From sequence record PQ850613.1: a stretch of 64,000 nt of DNA. One strand, 5' to 3'. Source of the DNA: Escherichia phage KarlSchell_Bas89. The position numbers and the translations under genes are program-made. Positions within the stretch are counted from its first letter, which is position 1. Every line of letters begins with the position of its first letter. The notes beneath the pieces were generated by a model, which saw nothing but the letters and a program-made list of their open reading frames with translations, did not search any database and had not been told where the DNA came from. Shown one piece after another: positions 8,515 to 18,989 of this stretch.

Positions 8515-11085
8515 ATGATCGTTTATAATAACCAAGCACCTTCGGCTGTTAACAACGTTGGTCAGTTTGGTGCAACAGAAGGCTCTATCGGAGCCTATAA
8601 ACAAGCTGCTGAATACGCAGCTGACTCTAAGTATTGGGCACTTTTAGCTGAGTCTAAATTTGGTACAGTTGATGACTTGATTGCTCAGGTTGAACTTCTG
8701 TATAAACAAGGTGTCCTGTTAAAAGAAGACATTGAAGATTTGAAACAAGACTTCATTGCACAAGATGCTCGTTTGATGAATCTTATTGCTCAAACTAACG
8801 CAGCTGTAGCTGATGCAAATAACGCAGTTGCTCTGATTAACCAGAAACTTGTAGAAGTTCAGCGCCAGTTGGATATTCTGTTGGGTATGACAGTCACCGT
8901 TACAACGCTTCCTCCGGGTTCTGAGGCCACTGGTTCATTTAACAACCAGACTGGTGAAATTAAACTTGGTATCCCTGAAGGGGAGAAAGGTGCAGATGGC
9001 TCTGTTACTGACCTATCTACTGCTCCTACTGGTACACCAGAGCTGGGAGATATAGGTTTCTATGTAGACAAAGATGATAACACTGTTCATAAAACCTCTC
9101 TTGAAGCTATTGCAAACCTGATCCCATCTGTTCGTTCTGTTTCTATTAACGATGGCCCTGCGCTTGATGGTGAAGTGGCTCTTACGATCAACAAAGGGAC
9201 AGTAGGTCTTGGGAACGTTTTGAACGTGGCTCAATATAGTCGACAAGAGATTAACGACAAGTTTGATAAAACAACTAAAACATACCAATCGAAAGCCGAA
9301 GCTGATTTAGATGCTCAATTTCGACAAGTGGGAGAGAAGGTTTTGGTGTGGGAAGCAACTAAATATGAATTCTATACTGTTGCAGCTAATAAGACACTCA
9401 CTCCAGTTAAAACGGAAGGCCGTATCCTGACTGTTAACTCTCGTGCCCCTGATTCAACAGGTAACATTGATATCACAATTCCAACAGGAAACCCCTCTTT
9501 GTATCTAGGTGAGATGGTGATGTTCCCTTATGACCCAGCTAAAACTGTTTCATATCCAGGAGTTCTTCCTGCGGATGGTCGTCTTGTTCCTAAAGCAAAC
9601 GCAGCAGACCTTGGACCCTCTTTAGTCAGTGGTCAATTGCCTGTAGTTTCTGAAACAGAGTGGCAAGCTGGTGCTCGTCAATATTTCTCTTGGGGTAAAT
9701 TGGCTGATGGTATTACTGATGCTGACTCTTCTAATTTCATTAACATAAGACTTCCTGATTGGACAGGTGGCGAGGCTATTCGCTCCCCTGACTCTGATAA
9801 AGATTCTCAATATGACGGCTCTGTACAAGCTCAGAAACCTTATGTTGTCACTGTAAATAATCAGGCTCCTGATGAGGTTACTGGTAATGTGAACATCTCC
9901 AGATCAATTTTAGGTGCTGCTTCTTCTGGGGCAAACTCTGACATTACATCTTTATCTGGACTCACAGCACCATTATCCATCTCTCAAGGCGGGACTGGAT
10001 CTACAACCGTAGACGGGATTCGTCATACTTTAAAAATAACCCCATTTACCAGTGAAAATAATCACGCATTTATCTTCTCCCCGAACCTGTTAAACAGGGT
10101 TGTATTAAGGGATGACGGATACTTTATCATACAAGAGAGAAGTGATACCTCATCTGATAGCTGGACACCTAATCCGGTGTCCATAGAAGCGGGTGGTACT
10201 GGAGCATCTACATCCAGTGGGGCACTTGCTAATCTCGGTTTAGGCCCTACAGCTACTCTCGACGTCATACCAGTTGCCAATGGTGGTACTGGAGCAACTG
10301 ATGCTGCTGGTGCTCGTTATAATTTAGGATTGGGAGGTGTTTCTACTCTTGATAACGTACCAATCGCCAGCGGTGGTACAGGTGCTGGGGATGCCGCTGG
10401 TGCCCGAAGCAACCTTGGAGCGCTGAGTAACACTCCAGCAAACACAGGTACAGGTGGTACTGGTGCGCGAGTCCAACATGCCACCGGAAGTGGCCTGTTT
10501 ACTTTAGACATGTTTAACTGCTACTGGTATATGCAGCCAGAGGATACTAACTTCTGGGTTGCCCACGGTGTGTCATATGCAGGATCTAGTGGCGAAGCCT
10601 CAGATTATGGTCGTATATCTTACGCAATAAAGATTGCAGACGGAACAACAAAATATGTCCATTGTCTTACAAACAAAAACACCATTACTGATACAGGCGG
10701 GTTTATCAAAGCGGCATCTCCGGTAGTTAACATTTATGCCAACGGTCAATATGAAACGAATGATGAATCTGAGGGGGTTAGTGTCATCCGGCAGGGTATT
10801 GGTGAATATCTGATTACCGGTTGCCTCGGTCTTAACTCTGATGCAAGATGGGGTGGGGTGGATGGGGGGTTTGAAATCCCAACAGATCGCAATAAGCAGC
10901 CTAGGATTTGGCTGGATTATGAGGTTAAAGAAGATGGTTCTATTTTAGTTAAAACCTATCACAGAACTCACTCAACCTCTCCAGTTTTTGCTAGAAATGA
11001 GATAGAAGGTTTTTCTGATGGGGACCCTATTGATATTCCAAGTGATGCTTTTATCTCAGTTCGTGTAGAGATGCCAGCTAAATAA
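8515..11085 (+). CDS. tail fiber protein with Gly-rich fiber repeats
   Basis: 856 aa; N-terminal coiled coil; three repeats of 'GGTGA.DAAGAR.NLGL' around 10190-10440. Confidence 0.55.
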   Translation: MIVYNNQAPSAVNNVGQFGATEGSIGAYKQAAEYAADSKYWALLAESKFGTVDDLIAQVELLYKQGVLLKEDIEDLKQDFIAQDARLMNLIAQTNAAVADANNAVALINQKLVEVQRQLDILLGMTVTVTTLPPGSEATGSFNNQTGEIKLGIPEGEKGADGSVTDLSTAPTGTPELGDIGFYVDKDDNTVHKTSLEAIANLIPSVRSVSINDGPALDGEVALTINKGTVGLGNVLNVAQYSRQEINDKFDKTTKTYQSKAEADLDAQFRQVGEKVLVWEATKYEFYTVAANKTLTPVKTEGRILTVNSRAPDSTGNIDITIPTGNPSLYLGEMVMFPYDPAKTVSYPGVLPADGRLVPKANAADLGPSLVSGQLPVVSETEWQAGARQYFSWGKLADGITDADSSNFINIRLPDWTGGEAIRSPDSDKDSQYDGSVQAQKPYVVTVNNQAPDEVTGNVNISRSILGAASSGANSDITSLSGLTAPLSISQGGTGSTTVDGIRHTLKITPFTSENNHAFIFSPNLLNRVVLRDDGYFIIQERSDTSSDSWTPNPVSIEAGGTGASTSSGALANLGLGPTATLDVIPVANGGTGATDAAGARYNLGLGGVSTLDNVPIASGGTGAGDAAGARSNLGALSNTPANTGTGGTGARVQHATGSGLFTLDMFNCYWYMQPEDTNFWVAHGVSYAGSSGEASDYGRISYAIKIADGTTKYVHCLTNKNTITDTGGFIKAASPVVNIYANGQYETNDESEGVSVIRQGIGEYLITGCLGLNSDARWGGVDGGFEIPTDRNKQPRIWLDYEVKEDGSILVKTYHRTHSTSPVFARNEIEGFSDGDPIDIPSDAFISVRVEMPAK

Positions 11086-11090
11086 CTAAT

Positions 11091-11113
11091 ATACGCTCCC
11101 CTCGGGGAGCTTT
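11091..11113 (+). terminator. weak hairpin or possible terminator
   Basis: gctccc-ctcg-gggagc stem followed by a short T run. Confidence 0.3.
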
Positions 11114-11125
11114 AAGGAGATTTTA

Positions 11126-13285
11126 ATGTCTAGAGAATTAATGCCCAAATCTGGCATAATGATGCCTCATGTTGTTATTAACCGAGATGCTGCGGTAGTG
11201 GGTGTTTCCACTATTGACGGTGTTGCTGGTGCTGTAGATTTAACAGGAAAGTATTTACAGAAAACGGATGCCGCTGATACATATCTAACCAAAACAGAAG
11301 GTGCTACAAAAACTTTTGTTACTGATGTAATTGAACCTATCATGACCGGTGCTTTGTTTAAAGATGACCCTGTTGTTGCAAATGATGTAGCTTTCCGTTC
11401 AGGTGGGGCTAATGGTGTAGAATCTGTGGATATGATCAAAGTCACTCCAGAGAACACTATTAAACTCGGTAGTTATGCATCTTCTGTTCAGGGTGTAGAG
11501 ATTCACTCAGCAGGTCGTCTTCAGGTTGTTGATCAGAGTGATAGTGGTGTAGAAACTAAATACCCTGTGTATTCTAAACGCTTCCGTCCTGAGATTGAAG
11601 ATTTACCTTTTGCTGCAATTGGTTCTTATGTTAAGGACTCTAAAGGTCGTACTGTCGGTGTAACTCGTACCGGTATCAACTCTGATATCAAACAGCTTAC
11701 ACAGAAAGTCACTTTTACTCAACCTGTAACCATAGCTGATGCTGTAGGCGATTATGATGCAGTAACATTGAGACAACTTCGTAACAGTGGTGGTGGTTCT
11801 GGTGGTCCTACCATGAGTGGTATCTCGAACTTTGGTATCGGTGATTTCCACCTACGTGACAGTCGTGCTTTTATCCCAGCCTTTGAAGTAGTGTCTGATG
11901 GTCAGCTTTTGAATCGTGCTGATTATCCAGATTTGTGGGCTTATGCTCAACTATTAACCCCTATTAGTGATTCTCTTTGGGTAGGAGACGTTACCCAAAG
12001 AGGTAGATACTCCACAGGCGATGGCACCACCACTTTCCGTGTCCCTGACCGAAATGGTATTCAGCTTAACTCCCTTGCAGCTCTTTATGGACGAGGTGAT
12101 GGGGGTGCTTCCTTAGCTAATGGTATGGTTTTTGACTCTGCCGCTCCTAACATCTACGGTGACATTGGTGGTGTTGTAGCCTATGGTCAGACTGGTGCTA
12201 TTATACGAGGTCAGGAAGAAACTCCACTAGCTCCACAACCAGTTACAGGAAACGGTGTATTAAAGGTAAGCTTGGATGCTTCCAAATCAAGTCCGATATA
12301 CGGTCGCAGTAACTCAGAAATCATGGGTCGTAACTTTGTTGGTGTTTGGACTATTCGCGCTCATGGTGGCTTTACCGCTGCTAACACTTCTTGGTCTGTT
12401 ATTGATAGTGACTCGACAGAGCCTGCATCCGGAACTGTTGTCAGGGGCGGTAGTGTCAAATCTGAGTATAAGATTGGTACAAACACGACGTATCAAGCGT
12501 ATCTTCAGGCATACGGAAAAATTGGTGGGTTAGCAAGTGACCGAGGTGCAGTTGTATCAAATGGGGTCCAAGAGTGGTTCTTTAATCAATCTGGGACTTT
12601 GTATTTACCCGACTCAGCGTCGCAAATCGGCACGACAAGGTCTGATGGCGCGTTACATATTGACGCATACGTCAGGTCGAGGGATATTGTTGTAAATCCA
12701 CTGAACGCTGTTGGAGTAGGAGCATCAGAAAGAAACGCCATCAGGATGACTAACTACGCGAATGTCCCAGAAGGAGGGTACGTAAATACTATTAGTGGAG
12801 ATTGGTATGACGGAAGTTGGTTACTTGGCGGAGTCAGAAGTGGCTCGACATTATTGGACCGTGCACAGCTTAACGTTTTTGATGGCGTTGGTAGTAGCGC
12901 CTCGTTTGCATTTAATTCTAATGGTGTAGCAAGCTGCCAAGAATGGAGAAGCACATCTGATGAACGGGTTAAAAGCAATATTGAGCGTATCAGTGATCCA
13001 CTCTCCAAGATGAGAAACATCAAGGGGGTTAAATGGGTTCTGGAAACCAATGGATCAATAGGATACGGATTCATCGCACAGGACGTAGAGAAGGATTTTC
13101 CTGAAGCTGTATCAGAAACAAAGGCTTCACCAGTCACTCTGCGAGATGGGTCAGTGTTGGATAACGTAAAGTCAGTTAACACCTCGGGCGTTGCTGCTGC
13201 GTTGCACCATGAAGCTATTCTTGAACTTATGAAGCAGGTTGAAGACCTCAAGAAAGAGGTGTCAGAGCTTAAGTCTAGTAAGTAA
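11126..13285 (+). CDS. tail fiber or spike with C-terminal intramolecular chaperone (peptidase S74-like) domain
   Basis: C-terminus '...ERVKSNIERISDPLSKMRNIKGVKWVLETNGSIGYGFIAQDVEKDFPEAV...' resembles the self-cleaving chaperone domain of endosialidase and T5 L-shaped fiber. Confidence 0.65.
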   Translation: MSRELMPKSGIMMPHVVINRDAAVVGVSTIDGVAGAVDLTGKYLQKTDAADTYLTKTEGATKTFVTDVIEPIMTGALFKDDPVVANDVAFRSGGANGVESVDMIKVTPENTIKLGSYASSVQGVEIHSAGRLQVVDQSDSGVETKYPVYSKRFRPEIEDLPFAAIGSYVKDSKGRTVGVTRTGINSDIKQLTQKVTFTQPVTIADAVGDYDAVTLRQLRNSGGGSGGPTMSGISNFGIGDFHLRDSRAFIPAFEVVSDGQLLNRADYPDLWAYAQLLTPISDSLWVGDVTQRGRYSTGDGTTTFRVPDRNGIQLNSLAALYGRGDGGASLANGMVFDSAAPNIYGDIGGVVAYGQTGAIIRGQEETPLAPQPVTGNGVLKVSLDASKSSPIYGRSNSEIMGRNFVGVWTIRAHGGFTAANTSWSVIDSDSTEPASGTVVRGGSVKSEYKIGTNTTYQAYLQAYGKIGGLASDRGAVVSNGVQEWFFNQSGTLYLPDSASQIGTTRSDGALHIDAYVRSRDIVVNPLNAVGVGASERNAIRMTNYANVPEGGYVNTISGDWYDGSWLLGGVRSGSTLLDRAQLNVFDGVGSSASFAFNSNGVASCQEWRSTSDERVKSNIERISDPLSKMRNIKGVKWVLETNGSIGYGFIAQDVEKDFPEAVSETKASPVTLRDGSVLDNVKSVNTSGVAAALHHEAILELMKQVEDLKKEVSELKSSK

Positions 13286-13379
13286 TCTAGTAGCCCCTTC
13301 GGGGGCTTTAGTAGTAAGTATGTTCAAGAAGTAATGAAACTACTATATCACAAAAGGAATACACATAGGAGATACGAAG

Positions 13380-13598
13380 ATGAAAATGATGAAACAAATC
13401 AGTTATGGGCTAGCTTGTGTTGCTACCGGTTTTGCTGTGTCAGTGGCTGTTCCTGTTAACGCAGTGCATCCTCTGGTAACACAACCCGCACCAATTGAGA
13501 AGTTAAGTGCATCATGTAAGCAGCGTACAATTCAAAATAATCTTGTAGTTATTTGTCCGGACTCTGATTCTAGTGCTCTGAGAAACATGCTTCAGTAA
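13380..13598 (+). CDS. small secreted protein (Sec-type signal peptide, 2 Cys)
   Basis: N-terminus MKMMKQ followed by a 20-aa hydrophobic stretch ending VNA; sits immediately upstream of the lysozyme gene. Confidence 0.45.
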   Translation: MKMMKQISYGLACVATGFAVSVAVPVNAVHPLVTQPAPIEKLSASCKQRTIQNNLVVICPDSDSSALRNMLQ

Positions 13599-13628
13599 CT
13601 TAGGGCTAACTGGAAAGGGAGGTGAAAA

Positions 13629-14120
13629 ATGGATAATGTCGCATTGCCACCGATACAACTGAGCTTAAGCCCAGAAGGGATGGAATTCATCATGAAGCAT
13701 GAAGGTATGAGAACTCGTGCTTACCAAGATTCCGCAGGTATCTGGACGATATGTGTTGGGGCTACGCGCGATATGAATGGGTATCCAGTTAGACAGGGAT
13801 TAACGTATTCTATAGAGGATTGTCTAGCTCTGCTAGATAGAGACACACAAGACTCTGTTCGTGCCACTCAGAAAAATATTAGGGTTCCTTTGTTAACCCA
13901 CGAGTTTGATGCTCTCACCTCTTTCAACTTTAACGTTGGTGGTGGGGCCTTATCAACTTCTAAACTTAGGAAAGTTATTAACGGAGATGTGAAGGGTGAT
14001 GTTTATTCTGAGTTCCTCCGTTGGGATAAAATTACAGTTAAAGGTAAGAAGATTAGCAGTCCGGGATTGAAGAATCGTAGAACTGCTGAAGCTGACCTTT
14101 ACACTGAAGGTAAATACTAA
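13629..14120 (+). CDS. lysozyme (GH24, T4/lambda-R-like muramidase), likely endolysin
   Basis: 'KHEGMRTRAYQDSAGIWTICVGAT' catalytic E..D..T spacing; 'FNVGGGAL' and 'GLKNRRTAEADLY' family motifs; no SAR or signal sequence. Confidence 0.85.
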   Translation: MDNVALPPIQLSLSPEGMEFIMKHEGMRTRAYQDSAGIWTICVGATRDMNGYPVRQGLTYSIEDCLALLDRDTQDSVRATQKNIRVPLLTHEFDALTSFNFNVGGGALSTSKLRKVINGDVKGDVYSEFLRWDKITVKGKKISSPGLKNRRTAEADLYTEGKY

Positions 14121-14131
14121 AAGGAGTTGTC

Positions 14132-14938
14132 ATGGCAGTAGAAACTAATGCTAACACAATTAATGACCTCAACCCCCTGTACCCTCGTGACAGGGACTAT
14201 CTTTACGAAGGGGCGGCTCAGATTCGCCTCGTTAAACAAGTATTGCAGAACACTTTTCCAAATGTAACAGAACCAGTTCAATTGGATTCAGATTCTCTCA
14301 ATATTCTGGCTAGCAAAGTTACCTTCACTGGCGACTCTATGGATGTTGGTGGGTTGATGATCAAGAATGCCACTCCGGGCACAGGTGACAGAGATGTTGT
14401 CACTAAAGGCCAGATGGAAGCTTTCATGCAGAACTGGATGGCTAACAAAGTATTCAGGATTGGTTCTTACTATATCACTGAAGAAGATATTAACCCCGGT
14501 GATAGTTCTTCTCTTGGTTTTGGCTCTTGGGCTAAAGTGACTGGTGTTATCATGGGTTCTGGTGTAGTAAACCCTGATGGTTCTGTTCCTAATGCTCAGC
14601 GTGTTGAATTCCAAGCAGGTGGTACAGGAGGTCGTGTGTTCAATACTATCCGTGCTGATAACTTGCCACTCACCACAATCAACGGCTCAAGCTTCCAAGT
14701 AAGTTCTTATACTCACCGACATAACATGCAATACTCTCGTGGTGATGCTAGCGGTCATAACAGCAATGATAACTGGCTATCTCCAGATGGTGCAGAGTTT
14801 ACGGATTACACCTCGGAAGATACTCACAGCCATACCATTACTGGTACAGCTTCATTTGGTCGTGATGATATTTCTCGTCAACCAATCAACACTTTACCAC
14901 CTTTCCGATCTGCACACATCTGGAGACGTATTAGCTAA
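14132..14938 (+). CDS. hypothetical tail-fiber-like structural protein
   Basis: 268 aa, G/S/T-rich beta-type composition; position in the tail module. Confidence 0.35.
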   Translation: MAVETNANTINDLNPLYPRDRDYLYEGAAQIRLVKQVLQNTFPNVTEPVQLDSDSLNILASKVTFTGDSMDVGGLMIKNATPGTGDRDVVTKGQMEAFMQNWMANKVFRIGSYYITEEDINPGDSSSLGFGSWAKVTGVIMGSGVVNPDGSVPNAQRVEFQAGGTGGRVFNTIRADNLPLTTINGSSFQVSSYTHRHNMQYSRGDASGHNSNDNWLSPDGAEFTDYTSEDTHSHTITGTASFGRDDISRQPINTLPPFRSAHIWRRIS

Positions 14939-14947
14939 GGAGGCAAT

Positions 14948-17900
14948 ATGGCGCTGTATCCAATAAAATCATTAGGGGCTATCGGTGTTATTGCTGATCA
15001 GGCACCAACTGATTTAGCACCTAACGCTTTCACCAACGCTATGAATGCTCGGTTTGTTGAGCAGAGAGTTTTTAAGACGGGGGGCAATGCCCCTCTTTCT
15101 TACGTGGAAGAAGACAAAGATCTGACCCCACTCTCTTTTGTCTCCATGCCTTTCGATTATTATAGCGCAGGAAATAGCTTCCTTGTAGTAGGTACAGATA
15201 AGAAGTTATATAAACTGACAGATGAAAGCTTAACCGATATCAGTCGTAAAGTTGCTACGGTAACTAAGAAAGCTTCTGCTATCATAAAAATTTATCCAGT
15301 GGTCTCAAGGATTGTTCCTAAAGAGAGCACTATCACAATGAACTTTAACCAGACAAAAGAGTTAGAAGTTCAGGTTTTTCCAGAGGATGCTAATAATGCC
15401 AATCTGACTTGGGAAGTAAGCAACCCCTCTTATGCCAGTATTGCAGTAAATCCTACAGATTCTAAAAAAGCCACCCTCACTACATTGTCTACAGAAGGAA
15501 CACTATCCATTACTGTTTCTACTGAAGACGAATCTGTGACAGCTCAAATCTCTGTTAACATCGTTGATGGTGATACCGGTATCTTCTTGAGCCAAGACAC
15601 AATCACAATTCGAAGAGGTGGTACAACAACTCTTACTGCTATCTCAGGTAAGACTCCTATCACTTGGGTTAGTAGCAACGGTGGTGCTTTGTCTGTGACA
15701 CCTAATGCCAATACACTAACTGCTGTTCTTAATGCTATAGGAGAAGGAACTTTTACTGTTACAGCTGATAACGGTTCTAAGTCTGCTACATGTACGGTTA
15801 ATGTGATACCTCAGATTGATTCTATTTCTTTGAGTCAGACAGATGTTCAGATGGATAGAGGAACTCAGTATGTTCTGACTGCGACAGTCAACCCTGCTGA
15901 TGCTCCTAATAAAGCAATCACTTGGACTTCTTCTAATCCGAATATTGCTACAGTATCAGGGACAAGCACAGAAGCTACAATTACTGGACTTCTGGCTGGG
16001 TTTACAGAGATTACAGCAGTAACAGAGGAAGGTAGTCGTTCAGCTGTTTGTACTGTTCGTGTCAACCTAGCAGGTAGAATGCTAAATACCAGAAGCCTAG
16101 CGATGGCTGCTAGTGCATCTCTAGTAGAAGAGTTCAAAGAGGAAGAAGAACCAGTTGTACAGAATGAAGAAATTGTTTACTTTATGTCTGACTCTATGGG
16201 AATTGATACCTCCGGAATGGCTGAAGGCAACAACTTCTTTGACTACTCTAACGTATTCGACATGGAAGGTTTTGCTCGTGCTGCGGAGAACTCAAGAGCT
16301 GCTCCTCTGACCAATGTGACACTAGATATTGTTGAAGCTTCTCTAGACGTAGGTGAAGAAATTGTCATAACTGCTACAGCAGCTCCAGAAGGGGATTACT
16401 CCTACCAGTGGGTTGTTGATAAAAGTGGTTATGTTTCTACTACCTCTACAACTGGAAGATCTTTGAAACTAACAGCTGTTCGTAAAGGTGAGATTAAAGT
16501 TACATGTACGGCGAGTCAGATGACTCAAAGAGACTACGACGCTTTTGATGATTACCCTTGGTATCATGCAGTAATCTCTAACTGTGCAGTAGCGACAACT
16601 CACTATGAAACTCCTCAGGTTAAAGAATTCGAATCTGAATACTTTACAGACCTTCCGGGATGGGGTGAACAGACAGTTGTTGATGGTGACGGAAACCCTT
16701 CTGTTCGTAAGTTTAACTGGAAGTGCGAAAGAGTTAGAGCTTTTAACAACAGGCTATTTGCTCTGAATATGAGAGAGTCTAACGCCTCTGGTGTTACCAC
16801 TCATTATCCTTTACGTCTTCGCTGGTCTAACTTTGCGAATGAGAACAAGGCTCCTACTTTGTGGGATGATTATGCTTACGACCGACTGACAACTTCTGAT
16901 CTTTCAGCGAATATTGTTGGACAGACTGAAGCTCTTGAGAATGGTTATGCAGGATATATTGATCTGGCTGACTCTAACGGAAGTTTGATTGATGTTCTCC
17001 CTTTGAAAGATTACTTATTTGTTTACACCGAGTTTGAAACCTACATTGGTTCTCCTACCAATAACACATACCAGCCTCTGATGTTTAAGAAGCTGTTTAA
17101 CGATTCAGGTATTCTTGCTCCTGAGTGTGTGGTTGAAGTGGAGGGTGGTCACTTTGTTGTAACACAGAACGATGTGATTCTTCATAACGGTGCATCTAAG
17201 AAATCTATTGCATCTAATCGTGTCAAGAACATGCTCATTAATGAAGTGTGTTTGGTAAATCCTCTAGCTACTAGAGTTCACTTGCATCAAGATAAGAAAG
17301 AAGTTTGGGTCATGTATGTTGGGCCGGGAGAGCCGAAAGAGAGTTTTGCTTGTACAAAGGCTGCGGTCTGGAATTACGAGTTTGACACTTGGTCTTTCCG
17401 TACTATCCCTTATGCTCAATGTATTGGTCTTGTTGATCCTCCGGTTCTCGAAAGAGGTCCAGTGTGGACTGACTTCCAAACTATCACTTGGGATGACCCT
17501 GCTATCGATAAACTGGTGTGGAGAAAAGATGCAACTAACTTCCGTCAGAGAATTACTATCGTAGGCTCTTTCTTAAGAGGTTTCTATCAAGTAGATGTTG
17601 GTGCTTTGGATTATTTCTACGATAGAGCTAATGACAGAGTAATAGAACGTCCTCTGGAAATGAGGTTAGAGAGAACGGGGATTGATTTTGATAACGTCAC
17701 TAACGAATGGAATCAAAAACATATCAACCGATTCAGACCTCAGACTACAGGTTCTGGTACGTATATCTTTGAAGCTGGAGGTAGTCAATTCTCTAATGAG
17801 TATGGTCACAACCACACAACTAAGAGTTATACGATTGGAGTTGATAGGCACGTAGCTGTGAGACTGAACCATCCATACCTATTCTATAATGTTATAGATA

Positions 17901-17968
17901 ATGATGTTAACAGTAACGCAGCCATAAATGGGCTGACAATAGAGTTTAATGTTGGCGGTCGAAGATAA
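14948..17968 (+). CDS. large virion protein with N-terminal Big_2-type Ig-like domains (1006 aa)
   Basis: At least three Big_2-like segments (e.g. 'ISLSQTDVQMDRGTQYVLTATVNPADAPNKAITWTSSNPNIATVSG'). Confidence 0.5.
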   Translation: MALYPIKSLGAIGVIADQAPTDLAPNAFTNAMNARFVEQRVFKTGGNAPLSYVEEDKDLTPLSFVSMPFDYYSAGNSFLVVGTDKKLYKLTDESLTDISRKVATVTKKASAIIKIYPVVSRIVPKESTITMNFNQTKELEVQVFPEDANNANLTWEVSNPSYASIAVNPTDSKKATLTTLSTEGTLSITVSTEDESVTAQISVNIVDGDTGIFLSQDTITIRRGGTTTLTAISGKTPITWVSSNGGALSVTPNANTLTAVLNAIGEGTFTVTADNGSKSATCTVNVIPQIDSISLSQTDVQMDRGTQYVLTATVNPADAPNKAITWTSSNPNIATVSGTSTEATITGLLAGFTEITAVTEEGSRSAVCTVRVNLAGRMLNTRSLAMAASASLVEEFKEEEEPVVQNEEIVYFMSDSMGIDTSGMAEGNNFFDYSNVFDMEGFARAAENSRAAPLTNVTLDIVEASLDVGEEIVITATAAPEGDYSYQWVVDKSGYVSTTSTTGRSLKLTAVRKGEIKVTCTASQMTQRDYDAFDDYPWYHAVISNCAVATTHYETPQVKEFESEYFTDLPGWGEQTVVDGDGNPSVRKFNWKCERVRAFNNRLFALNMRESNASGVTTHYPLRLRWSNFANENKAPTLWDDYAYDRLTTSDLSANIVGQTEALENGYAGYIDLADSNGSLIDVLPLKDYLFVYTEFETYIGSPTNNTYQPLMFKKLFNDSGILAPECVVEVEGGHFVVTQNDVILHNGASKKSIASNRVKNMLINEVCLVNPLATRVHLHQDKKEVWVMYVGPGEPKESFACTKAAVWNYEFDTWSFRTIPYAQCIGLVDPPVLERGPVWTDFQTITWDDPAIDKLVWRKDATNFRQRITIVGSFLRGFYQVDVGALDYFYDRANDRVIERPLEMRLERTGIDFDNVTNEWNQKHINRFRPQTTGSGTYIFEAGGSQFSNEYGHNHTTKSYTIGVDRHVAVRLNHPYLFYNVIDNDVNSNAAINGLTIEFNVGGRR

Positions 17969-17973
17969 CAACT

Positions 17974-18004
17974 AAGGGGCTTCGGCCCCTTTTCTTGTTT
18001 TTAA
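17974..18004 (+). terminator. intrinsic terminator
   Basis: aggggc-ttcg-gcccct stem with UUCG loop followed by tttcttgttttt. Confidence 0.65.
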
Positions 18005-18019
18005 ACTTTGGAGGTACTT

Positions 18020-18988
18020 ATGGGTGCTGGAGGTTTTCGTAAGAATACTGGACGCAACAACACCACACTTCCCTACAACGTTGGGTTTCTCAATAGGGTA
18101 GAGGATACGGAAACATATAACACTGCTGTCTATGATGAACTACAGAAAGTCAGTACAGCGACTAACCAAATGTTCCAAGCAATCGATGAGATTCATGATG
18201 AGATTGATGTTCGTATCAAAGCTCTTAACGCAATGAATCTCCAGTTCGATGAGCTTGAGAATCGAATTACTACAGAGATTGAAACAGCTATCGCAGATAT
18301 TCAAACCCAGATGGGCAACCTGTCTACGGAGGACATTTGGGATAACTCAACGAATCCTCCTACTAAGCTAGATGGTACGGTAGCTGGTATCAAGACTAGC
18401 ATTGAAGGTAATGATGTAAAGATTCAAACGGTTCAGGGGATTGTTAACGAGCAGGGAGAGGAGATTGCTTTAGTTCAAACAGAACTTTCTAACATTAATA
18501 GCAGTCTTTCTCAGTATATGAAGCTCACTGACTACGAAGCTACTTGGGGTGTTAATTCTAATGTTAATGGTCGATATGCTGGAGTTAAGTTAACTAACAA
18601 CGGGACGAACAGTGCTTTCCAAGTAACTGCTCAGAAGTTTATTGTCGGTGATGGCAGCTCTGGTAACACCCCTTTCGTCTTTGAGAATGGTAGGGCTAGA
18701 ATGGAGTTCGCTGATATAAAGAACGTCAACATCACAACTGCCATGATTGCTAATGCTCGTATCCAGTTTGCTCAGATTGATAACGTATGGATTCAAGATG
18801 GTCAGATTGCTAACCTAACTGCTAACAAGATTACTGCTGGTAGTATGTCCGGCTCTAACTGGAGACTTACTGTAGGTGGGGATTTTGTAATGGGCGGAAC
18901 AGGTGGGGCACAGCTTTGGATGAATGGAAACAGAATTGATTTCTATGATGGGAGTGGTGCTTTGAGAATTAGAATAGGGAGTTGGTGA
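18020..18988 (+). CDS. hypothetical structural protein with coiled coil; start trimmed to ATG 18020
   Basis: RBS GGAGG 6 nt before ATG 18020; the track start at 18008 is TTG. Confidence 0.45.
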   Translation: MGAGGFRKNTGRNNTTLPYNVGFLNRVEDTETYNTAVYDELQKVSTATNQMFQAIDEIHDEIDVRIKALNAMNLQFDELENRITTEIETAIADIQTQMGNLSTEDIWDNSTNPPTKLDGTVAGIKTSIEGNDVKIQTVQGIVNEQGEEIALVQTELSNINSSLSQYMKLTDYEATWGVNSNVNGRYAGVKLTNNGTNSAFQVTAQKFIVGDGSSGNTPFVFENGRARMEFADIKNVNITTAMIANARIQFAQIDNVWIQDGQIANLTANKITAGSMSGSNWRLTVGGDFVMGGTGGAQLWMNGNRIDFYDGSGALRIRIGSW

Positions 18989-18989
18989 T

